A stretch of DNA of 62,982 nucleotides from an uncultured Bacteroidia bacterium (GTDB taxonomy: Bacteria > Bacteroidota > Bacteroidia > Bacteroidales > ML635J-15): the NCBI GenBank assembly GCA_902790405.1, contig CADARW010000006.1, forward strand, positions 1 through 62,982. The letters are read 5' to 3'. The notes under the pieces were generated by a model. The model was not told the origin of the DNA. It worked only from the letters and a program-made list of their open reading frames with translations, and made no database searches. Of the stretch, positions 46,794 to 54,682 are shown one piece after another (the stretch's first letter is position 1; the number at the start of each line of letters is the position of its first letter). Made by a program: the position numbers and the translations under genes.

Positions 46794-47378
46794 CTAATTG
46801 ATTTTTCCGATTCTGACATCAAACTCGTCCTTGCGGTTTTCTGACACAAAAAATGGTTTCGGTATTCCTGCAAGGTAAATTTCGCAGCCTTGAATCTTGT
46901 GTATCTTGTCGAGGTTGACAATCTGGTTCTTGTTTATCTGCATGAAGTTGCCCGTAAGCTGTTCGAGTATTGCATCGAAAGTGCTGTAGACCGAGTCGGT
47001 CTTCGTTGTGCCCGAATAATGTATTACTTTTATCCTCGAATCGCCGCCTTCTGCCATCTCGAACACCTGCGACGATATATAAGATATTGATGCAGCCTTG
47101 ATTTTCAAGTTGTTGATGTTGAGCAGTTGCTTCGATGGCTCCTCTTTTTCGTTCGCAAGTATATGAATTTCCTTCGAGATGTATAGCTGCTGTTCGAGTG
47201 CACTTATACGGCGTTCCATGTCGGCAATGCGATTGGAAACCGAGTCGCGGCTGTCGTCGTCGTTATTGTTTTTGCCTTTTACAAAATTCCTTATTGTCGG
47301 GAATGTTGCTGCTATTAAAAAAATGGAAAGTGTAAGGAATAGCAGTACTAGTGAAATGTTTAGGATAATGTCGAACAT
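46794..47378 (-). CDS. membrane-anchored LytTR DNA-binding domain protein (TM helix - coiled coil - LytTR; no receiver domain)
   Basis: Trimmed to the ATG at 47378 (MFDIILNISLVLLFLTLSIFLIAATF). The C-terminus I.YISS.......V....G......STFDAILEQL....F.QINKNQIVNLDKI is LytTR-like. A TAttTTTG box lies upstream. Confidence 0.7.
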   Translation of the reverse strand: MFDIILNISLVLLFLTLSIFLIAATFPTIRNFVKGKNNNDDDSRDSVSNRIADMERRISALEQQLYISKEIHILANEKEEPSKQLLNINNLKIKAASISYISSQVFEMAEGGDSRIKVIHYSGTTKTDSVYSTFDAILEQLTGNFMQINKNQIVNLDKIHKIQGCEIYLAGIPKPFFVSENRKDEFDVRIGKIN

Positions 47379-47425
47379 ACTTTTTTTGTTTGCAAAAATA
47401 AGCAAAAATGCAGGATTGCAATTTA

Positions 47426-47473
47426 CAAAAAACAAATCTGCAATTACAAATTAGGCGTTTGTAATTGCAGATT
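47426..47473 (-). terminator. strong intrinsic terminator of the 1444-aa gene
   Basis: AATCTGCAATTACAAA-TTAGGCG-TTTGTAATTGCAGATT is a perfect 16-bp stem at 47435-47473. On the minus strand it is followed by TGTTTTTT. Confidence 0.85.
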
Positions 47474-47501
47474 ATCCTTTCAGACAAATAAATAACAACG
47501 A

Positions 47502-50500
47502 TTATCTTGCAAGCAAGATTTTTCTAGTTACGGCATTGCCCGAAGTTACAATACGTAGGAAATATTCGCCGTTGGGAACGTCAAGATTTATTTCGGTTAG
47601 TTGTTCGTTTATGTCGAATCTACGAAGCAGCCTTCCGTTTATGTCGGTTATTTCTACCGATTCGATATTGTCCCCCTCGACAAATATTGTTCCGTTCGAC
47701 GGTACAGGATAAACGCTTATGTTAGCTTGTATGTCGTCTATCGGAGAAAGATTGTTGATTGCAACGAAAATTGTGTCGGCACATTGATATTCGCTGTAGC
47801 CTACAAGAATAATAGTGTCGTTTGCGGCTACCATGGTAATGCTGGCAGATGTTTCGCCGTTTTCCCATTCGTAGGTCGACGCTCCTGTAGCCGTAAGGGT
47901 TATTTCGTCGCCATTGGCTGTCTGAGTTACGGAAATTTCCGGCTGTTCGTGGACTGTAAGGTTTACAATCACAATATTGTCGCATGGCGTGCCTGGCGTT
48001 GTATATGTGTATGTGCCGGCTTCGGTTAGTACGTTGTCTCCATAGATATATGGCATGTCGTATTCGCATACATTTACGTTGATGGTTTCGGAGTATCCTT
48101 CATATACGGTCAACGTGAATGCAACTATGCTGTCGCATCCGTTTGCTGCCGGAAGCGATACATTGTATGTTCCTGCTTCGTTGAATGTATGTCCGTTGTA
48201 TTCGTATGGCAGTTCGCCTGGGCAAATGGTAGCACCATCGGTGGACGAAACCGAATGCGACAATGTAAGGTGCAAGGTTACTATGCTGTCGCAGCCATTG
48301 GCGTTTGCGAGAGTGTATGTGGGTGTATTTGTCGATTCGGTGTAGGTTGTTCCGTCAATCCATGTGTACGAGTCGCAGGCCGACACTTCATCGATACCGT
48401 ATGTCGACGAGTATACGGTAACGTAAACGCTCTCGCTACGGTTGCAACCAGTAGATGTGTTTGATACGGTAAGTGTATATTCTCCAGAATTTTCAGCGAA
48501 AGCATTGTTTATGTTGAAATTTGCAAGATAAGTATGTATGCCTGGACCAGTCCACAAATATGAATATCCGCTTCCCGACGATGAGCCCTGCGAATCGAAA
48601 CTTATAGTATCTCCTTCGCAAACCGATTCCGATGATACCGACAGAACCACATTGGGACGTGTAGCTGTAGTTGTCACACTTACATCTGCTGTCTTTGTAC
48701 AGAAACCATTACGTACCGTAACTGTATAATCTCCTTCCATGAGATCGGTAAACAATGGCGACGACTGGAAATTGATGCCGTCGATGGAGTATTCGTAATT
48801 GTCATTTAGTGGAGATGTTATTTCTATACTTCCGTTGTATCCTCCAGAGCAAAGAGTGTTAGCTGTTGTCTCTATTTGAGGATCGGCAGGTGTTGGGTAT
48901 ACTGTGAGATGCGTTGTAACAATACTGTCGCAGCCGTATTGAGAAATGTATCTCCTTGTGAAATCTCTTGATTGGTCATAAGGAATTCCGTTGATCAAAT
49001 AATAATCGCAGGCCTCTATATAAATATGAGTAGTATCGCGAGAAGCAACAGTAAGGTGCAAGGTAACTATGCTGTCGCAGTGTGCGGTTGGGAATACGCG
49101 TGTATATTCGCCAGTACTGCTGTATGATTGGTTGCCCCATATGTTGTCATGCCAAACAAAACTGTAGCATACTGTTGTGTCGAAAGAGTAGGTGACAGAG
49201 TGATTAATTGTTAGATGTAATGTGACAATACTATCGCAGCCGGAATTGCCAACAAATGATTTGGTGTAGTCTCCGCTTGTCGTGTAGGTGTCGCCACCCC
49301 ATGTATAGCTGTCGCAATGAGTTGCAGAGATTTCATTATACTTAGGTAGGATTTCGAACATTGGTGAATTGTTGGCGAGTACAAATTCATAGAGTTCGCC
49401 GGCATCAAGCGATCCGAGTGTATATTGGTATGTTCCAGTCGATTCTCCACCTTCGCGTGACAATTCTCCGTTTATTTCGTTTATGTTTTCCGAAAGAGTG
49501 TATTGAAATTCGGGGTCATTTTGTCCGCAGGTCTTATGCTGATTGGTGTGTGGCGTTACTATTATAATTGTAGGTTTTACGTATAGAGATATGTTTATTA
49601 CGCTGTCGCAGCCATCGTTGTTGTGGAATGTCCATTGCAGATGAAAGTCGCCTATGTCGCTGAAACTTATTGTGCTGTCGCGATAAGAATAGGTTTGTCC
49701 GAGCATAATAGTGTCGGAAACAAAAGACTCTGGCAGTGGCGTCACTGATATACTATGAGTATCGTATGCTCTGCATGTTGTGGAATTGCGGAATAATATG
49801 AGGTTTGAAATGCTAGTGGCAGTTACAGGACGTACCTTGTGAGAAAAAGATTTTGATTCGTCTGTAGTTCCTGCACCAACAGCGCACCAAGCCCTGTCGG
49901 CGTTCTTTTCGGTAATTGTCCAGTAGTACGAATTGTTGTCTATTTCGGTTGCAGACAAAGTCGACAAACCGTAATTTACATCTGCAAGCTTAAGCCCTAA
50001 AGCGTACATTTCGCCTGAAGCCGGAAGATACCATGCTTCGCCTTTTTCGCGTGCTTTTAATGCAGCTACATAGTTAGGATTGCCTTGCGAATTGTCGCTT
50101 GCAACAATTGCATCGGTCATTGCTTTGCCGTTCATTTTTGTATGTGCAATGTCTATGTTTGCTGCATATTGTCCTGTAGTACGTGATGCACCCCACGGAA
50201 TATTGTCGTATTCGTCGAGTCCGACTAAACGTACCGAATCGCTGCTGATATGGTAAACAATACCAACAGCCTCGAGGTTGTGCCTCATGGCAGTAGTCCA
50301 TTGCGAAGGCTTTACTACGATGTTGTTGCTGGTGATTATGTCTCCTTCGTGAATGTCGCTGGCAACTGGAGTCGGACCGGAAGTCTTTGTAGCCCTCACG
50401 GCAAACTGTGAGTCATAGTACAAATTCGGAGAAACCAATGTGTTTTGATTGTCAATAAATACATCGGTGTCGGCATTATACCACTGGTAGATTACCCTCT

Positions 50501-51836
50501 CGGTGTTGCTTGCTGTGGCTAGAAGTTCGACATTATCTCCGTAGCATACAGTGTTGTCGCCCGATACCGAAACCGAAAATTCGGGAGCGACATTAATGGT
50601 TATGCTTCCCGTTCCAGTACATGCGCCACCGCTGACGCTTACATTGTAGGTTGCCGGTGACATAAGGTTTGGAGTTGTGAAATTACATCCTGTCCCAAGT
50701 GTATTGCTTGGGTCGCCTTGATACCATGTGTATTGCAATCCTTCGGATTCGGGAACAGATAAAATGTCTGGTGTATTGTAGCAGACAACGCCTTCGCCAT
50801 TTACAGGAACATCTGTTTCGATTACAGAAATATCGAATGGGGTATTGTCGGTACAATACCTTTCGATAATTTCGAAGTATTGGCTTACATTAACGGAATA
50901 TTGATGAGGTTCGTTTACATTTGTGAGTATCAGAGTACTGCTATTGCCAATTGTTTCGCCTGCATTCTGTTCGTCTTTCCATGAGTATGTAAAAGTTCCT
51001 GCATTGTGGTTAACAGAAATTTCAGCATCGGAATCCATGCATACCAGCAGGTTGCCAGCAATTTCATACTGAGGTTCAAGCACATGTATGTTTACACCTA
51101 CAATACTGTCGAATCCTTGGTATGATTTGTATGTGCGCGACAGGAGGGTGTCGTTTTCGGCAATGAAATCATTTCCTAGGTCTGTGACTTTCTCTCCGCG
51201 GCAATAGTATTTGTCCTTTACAGTGTTGCTTACAAAACCAAAATTGCGGATAGGCCTTACGTAGTAAGTCCGATCGTAATATGTAGGCTCCAGTTTTCCA
51301 TCTTTCCCGTTAAGAGTAATAGGAGATGTATCATTTGCTGCTGTAGATGTCCAGTATTTTCGTGATTGCAGCCAAAAACCGCCGGCAGATCTTAATGGTT
51401 CAAGTGTTAAGATTTTCGACGAATATAGTTTTCTCATTTGTCCTGCCGATGGCAGATACCAGCCTCCGTCAAAATCTATGTCAAACAAGGCTGGGAAAAG
51501 TACCAAGTTCGATGGGTTGATGTCGTATAAATAATCATGGAAACCTTTTATCTTTTTCCATGTATCAACATCTTCCATGTATGCAGCATACGACGAAACA
51601 GTGCTATCTGTTACAGAAACTTGAAAACTTGCAGGTGTTGACGAAGCTACTGTCCAGAATTTTTGTTGCGGATAGTCGTTAAGCGAAACCGCCCATCCGT
51701 GGTTGCCGTCGTCGAACACATAAAACACAACAGCTTTTTCATTTGCTGGGGAATAAACGATGTCTCCTATATGGTATAATTGCGCGAATGCCAGAACTGG
51801 CATCATAAATATTATTAATGTCAATATTTTTTTCAT
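47502..51836 (-). CDS. 1444-aa T9SS-secreted surface protein with a DUF1566-like head, Ig-like modules and repeated Cys-rich ...GCDSIVTLHLTV modules
   Basis: Signal peptide MKKILTLIIFMMPVLAFAQ. GWYLPSAGQMRKLY and AWYLPASGEMYAL are DUF1566-like. At least 5 modules end in CDSIV(T/A).(H/T)LT(V/I/L). The C-terminal SVYPVPSNGTIFV...GEYFLRI...KILLAR is a T9SS CTD. Confidence 0.85.
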   Translation of the reverse strand: MKKILTLIIFMMPVLAFAQLYHIGDIVYSPANEKAVVFYVFDDGNHGWAVSLNDYPQQKFWTVASSTPASFQVSVTDSTVSSYAAYMEDVDTWKKIKGFHDYLYDINPSNLVLFPALFDIDFDGGWYLPSAGQMRKLYSSKILTLEPLRSAGGFWLQSRKYWTSTAANDTSPITLNGKDGKLEPTYYDRTYYVRPIRNFGFVSNTVKDKYYCRGEKVTDLGNDFIAENDTLLSRTYKSYQGFDSIVGVNIHVLEPQYEIAGNLLVCMDSDAEISVNHNAGTFTYSWKDEQNAGETIGNSSTLILTNVNEPHQYSVNVSQYFEIIERYCTDNTPFDISVIETDVPVNGEGVVCYNTPDILSVPESEGLQYTWYQGDPSNTLGTGCNFTTPNLMSPATYNVSVSGGACTGTGSITINVAPEFSVSVSGDNTVCYGDNVELLATASNTERVIYQWYNADTDVFIDNQNTLVSPNLYYDSQFAVRATKTSGPTPVASDIHEGDIITSNNIVVKPSQWTTAMRHNLEAVGIVYHISSDSVRLVGLDEYDNIPWGASRTTGQYAANIDIAHTKMNGKAMTDAIVASDNSQGNPNYVAALKAREKGEAWYLPASGEMYALGLKLADVNYGLSTLSATEIDNNSYYWTITEKNADRAWCAVGAGTTDESKSFSHKVRPVTATSISNLILFRNSTTCRAYDTHSISVTPLPESFVSDTIMLGQTYSYRDSTISFSDIGDFHLQWTFHNNDGCDSVINISLYVKPTIIIVTPHTNQHKTCGQNDPEFQYTLSENINEINGELSREGGESTGTYQYTLGSLDAGELYEFVLANNSPMFEILPKYNEISATHCDSYTWGGDTYTTSGDYTKSFVGNSGCDSIVTLHLTINHSVTYSFDTTVCYSFVWHDNIWGNQSYSSTGEYTRVFPTAHCDSIVTLHLTVASRDTTHIYIEACDYYLINGIPYDQSRDFTRRYISQYGCDSIVTTHLTVYPTPADPQIETTANTLCSGGYNGSIEITSPLNDNYEYSIDGINFQSSPLFTDLMEGDYTVTVRNGFCTKTADVSVTTTATRPNVVLSVSSESVCEGDTISFDSQGSSSGSGYSYLWTGPGIHTYLANFNINNAFAENSGEYTLTVSNTSTGCNRSESVYVTVYSSTYGIDEVSACDSYTWIDGTTYTESTNTPTYTLANANGCDSIVTLHLTLSHSVSSTDGATICPGELPYEYNGHTFNEAGTYNVSLPAANGCDSIVAFTLTVYEGYSETINVNVCEYDMPYIYGDNVLTEAGTYTYTTPGTPCDNIVIVNLTVHEQPEISVTQTANGDEITLTATGASTYEWENGETSASITMVAANDTIILVGYSEYQCADTIFVAINNLSPIDDIQANISVYPVPSNGTIFVEGDNIESVEITDINGRLLRRFDINEQLTEINLDVPNGEYFLRIVTSGNAVTRKILLAR

Positions 51837-51847
51837 AACTCTTGGTT

Positions 51848-52480
51848 TTAAAAATTTCTAATAGCCCTTACATTTGAGTAGTCACCTTTGGGTGTTGCTA
51901 TTGATGCCCCGGCGAAATTTAGCATCCAGGCGCTGATAACGCCGCCATTTTCTTCGGTACACGACCAGTATTGCCGTCCGTTCATTCTGCTTCCTCCCGC
52001 AGCATCGAGGGCTGCGTTTATTTCGGGCATATTGCCGTAAAGGACTATGAGTTGCCCAATAGCAGGCAGGTACCAGCCGTTGCCATATTGTACAGCCGCA
52101 TTTACAGCAGACGAATATTGTTCCAAAGTCCAGCCCAACCGTTGTGCGGTATGTGTTATAGAGTCGCAGCGCATAGAACCAATTGTATCGTTATAAATAG
52201 TCTGTGGGTTGTTGTTATAGCCTTGTAGGTAGCATAAACTTCCTTCGTTACCCCAAGGCATAGCTCCCTGCCCAGCATCGTTAAGCGCTAGCGCCCAGCC
52301 GTGCTGTTGAGTGTTGTCAACAAAAAACACAACGCCGAGTGCTGTCCTGCCGCTTGCGACAAAATCGTTGGATGAAACTACCGAGTTGTCGGTGCAAAGT
52401 ATGTCGCCAACATGAACTTGGGCCTGTGCATATACAACTATGGACACAAGTGCCACAAATATTACAATAAGATGTTTCAT
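51848..52480 (-). CDS. secreted DUF1566-like protein, paralogous to the head of the downstream giant protein
   Basis: Trimmed to the ATG at 52480 (MKHLIVIFVALVSIVVYAQAQ). HVGDILC...GVVFFVD..QHGWALALND...GWYLPAIGQL parallels HIGDIVY...VVFYVFDDGNHGWAVSLND...GWYLPSAGQM. Confidence 0.6.
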   Translation of the reverse strand: MKHLIVIFVALVSIVVYAQAQVHVGDILCTDNSVVSSNDFVASGRTALGVVFFVDNTQQHGWALALNDAGQGAMPWGNEGSLCYLQGYNNNPQTIYNDTIGSMRCDSITHTAQRLGWTLEQYSSAVNAAVQYGNGWYLPAIGQLIVLYGNMPEINAALDAAGGSRMNGRQYWSCTEENGGVISAWMLNFAGASIATPKGDYSNVRAIRNF

Positions 52481-52609
52481 AGTTTTTCCCTTTTTTATTT
52501 GGAGCAAAGTTATATAATAATTTGTTATATAACAACAAAAAAATACTTTCGTTGCCACGTAGACGAAAAAACTATGAAAGAAAGTCAGTATTACAAGCTT
52601 TCGGCTATT

Positions 52610-53221
52610 TTATTTTACCTTCATGTCGATCAGCTTCTGTTCGCCCATGTAAGCCTTGAGCTTGTCGCCGATTTCGAGTTTGCCAACTCCCAATGGAGTG
52701 CCGGTGTATATAAGGTCGCCGATTTTCAGGGTCATGTATTTCGACACGTGTTCGATTATGTCGTCGATTGAGAAAAGCATGTCGGAGGTATTGCCATGTT
52801 GCACCTCTGCGTCGTTGCGCAGCAGGCGGAAGTCGATGCTGTTTTTGTCGGGCAGTTCGTCGAGCGGAACAAATTCCGACAGCACAGCCGAGCCGTCGAA
52901 CGACTTGCATATTTCCCACGGCAGACCACGCCGACGACAATCTTCCTGCAGGTCGCGGGCAGTAAGGTCGAGACCAAGAGCCACGGCATCGTAGTAGCGA
53001 TAGGCAAATTTTTTCTGTATGTGCTTGCCCAGACGACTGATGCGATATACAACCTCGAGTTCGTACTGCAGATTGTCGGTCCAGTCGGGAATAAAGAAAA
53101 CCTTGTTGCCCTTCAGTATCGACGAGTCGGGCTTCATAAAGAATACTGGTGCCTCGGGATAGGGGAGGTTTAGCTCGGCAATGTGAGCCTTGTAGTTCAT
53201 TCCTATGCAGATAATCTTCAT
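52610..53221 (-). CDS. fumarylacetoacetate hydrolase (FAH) family protein
   Basis: 203 aa with MKIICIGMNYKAH start, ELEVV, DLTARDLQ and GDLIYTGTP.GVG motifs. Confidence 0.88.
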   Translation of the reverse strand: MKIICIGMNYKAHIAELNLPYPEAPVFFMKPDSSILKGNKVFFIPDWTDNLQYELEVVYRISRLGKHIQKKFAYRYYDAVALGLDLTARDLQEDCRRRGLPWEICKSFDGSAVLSEFVPLDELPDKNSIDFRLLRNDAEVQHGNTSDMLFSIDDIIEHVSKYMTLKIGDLIYTGTPLGVGKLEIGDKLKAYMGEQKLIDMKVK

Positions 53222-53281
53222 TGACGTAATTTTTTTTCGAGATGCAAAGATGGGAAATTTTTATTGATTGGGGAATTAAAA

Positions 53282-53490
53282 GTTTCTGGGTTTAACTTCG
53301 TTGAGGGCTTCGCCGTTCTATGCCTTCGGCGTTTATAAGTTTGAATGGCTAAAGCCGTTTCTGTGTTTCATGGGCTAACGCCCGTTTCTATGCCTGCGTC
53401 GTTTCTGGGTTTAACTTCGTTGAGGGCTTCGCCGTTCTATGGCTACGCCGTTTCTGGGTTTCTAGGTTTCTGGTTTCAAGTTGTTTGAGA
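53282..53490 (+). repeat. GTTTC-phased mini-hairpin repeat array B
   Basis: A perfect 41-nt direct repeat GTTTCTGGGTTTAACTTCGTTGAGGGCTTCGCCGTTCTATG lies at 53282-53322 and 53401-53441. Units such as GCCTTCGGCGTTT, GGCTAAAGCCGTTTC and GGCTAACGCCCGTTTC lie between the copies. A GGTTTCTAGGTTTCTGGTTTCAAG tail follows. Confidence 0.9.
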
Positions 53491-53651
53491 AGGTTTTACT
53501 GCTTTTAGTTATGGAATGAAAATTTGGTTTGTTGCGATGCGGAACTACGTGTTACCACAAAGTCAAATTAACATATTTTTAACAAAAAAAACGCCAAAAT
53601 CGATGATTTTGCTTATATTTGCACCATTATTAACCATAAAATTAAATTGTT

Positions 53652-54065
53652 ATGAATACCTATACCAAACCCCAAAACATTATCGATTACACCGTAATGG
53701 GACTGCTTTCAGTATGCGCAATTTTGGCAGCAGCAAGCATTCCGTACGCGTTGACATGCTTCATTTTCCTTTGGTTAGCATCGCTTGTAATATTTCTCAT
53801 TACCAGCATCCGTAGTAAGATTTACAAGACCAGCATACTTGCATTCATAATCGACCTGTACTGCAAAATGAATATGTTTGTCGGAGTTTGGTTTGTAAGC
53901 AAGGGCTATGCAGGCAAGGAAATGATTGGAACATATATTTCGGCATTGTTGGTTGGCTACCTTATCTACGACCTCATTGCAAAGAAAATTCCTGTGCACC
54001 GTCCGCTGTCATACCTGTTGATATATGCAATCACGACTGGCGTTTGCGCAGCGATAACGATGTAA
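53652..54065 (+). CDS. hypothetical 4-TM membrane protein
   Basis: 137 aa with four hydrophobic helices. A TAtaTTTG box lies about 40 nt upstream. No family recognised. Confidence 0.55.
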   Translation: MNTYTKPQNIIDYTVMGLLSVCAILAAASIPYALTCFIFLWLASLVIFLITSIRSKIYKTSILAFIIDLYCKMNMFVGVWFVSKGYAGKEMIGTYISALLVGYLIYDLIAKKIPVHRPLSYLLIYAITTGVCAAITM

Positions 54066-54150
54066 GCCTGTATTTCGACTTTTTTTCGCCAACTGCATAT
54101 TTTTACCCAATCCCCGAAAAATAAACGATAATAATTGATGATTTTTGTGC

Positions 54151-54226
54151 GACCTCGCAGAGGTCGTTTTTCTTGTAATTATTTGTTCTATAGATATTTG
54201 ACCTCTCCGAGGTCTGTTCTTTTTTA
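54151..54226 (+). terminator. two tandem intrinsic terminators built on the same palindrome (GACCTC-GCA-GAGGTC + T5; GACCTC-TCC-GAGGTC + TGTTCTTTTTT)
   Basis: Hairpins at 54151-54165 and 54200-54214, each followed by a T-rich tract, downstream of the 53652-54065 gene. Confidence 0.6.
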
Positions 54227-54682
54227 CCCGATATATTCCCAACGACCTTTTTGAGGTTTGATATTATTATTGTTGTCCTCTAAAATTATGCAAACCCACA
54301 CAAAATGCGCTGTGTCAGATTGTTATGTAGGCAAGAATCATGTGGGCTTGTTAATTGGATAGACATAATAACCTCGGAGAGGTTGTATATATATAGATAA
54401 AAGAGTGCATTTGTGGGCGTTGGCGCATATTTTTGCTGCGGAATGAAATGAAGTAATGCAAAAATTGTGACAACGCGGGATTTTGCAGGCATTAATAGGT
54501 ATTTATAAAAACATGGCAAGCAATAACAGCGACCTCGGAGATGTAGTATAAAATGTCAAATCCAATAATTTTCCATTCCTAATAACATAAATGCTTAAAT
54601 TTGCCGTTTTATTGTATTTGCAATTCGGATGATTCTTTGCAACGGCAACGGCGACAAACGGCTTTCCACTTTGTGGATTCGC

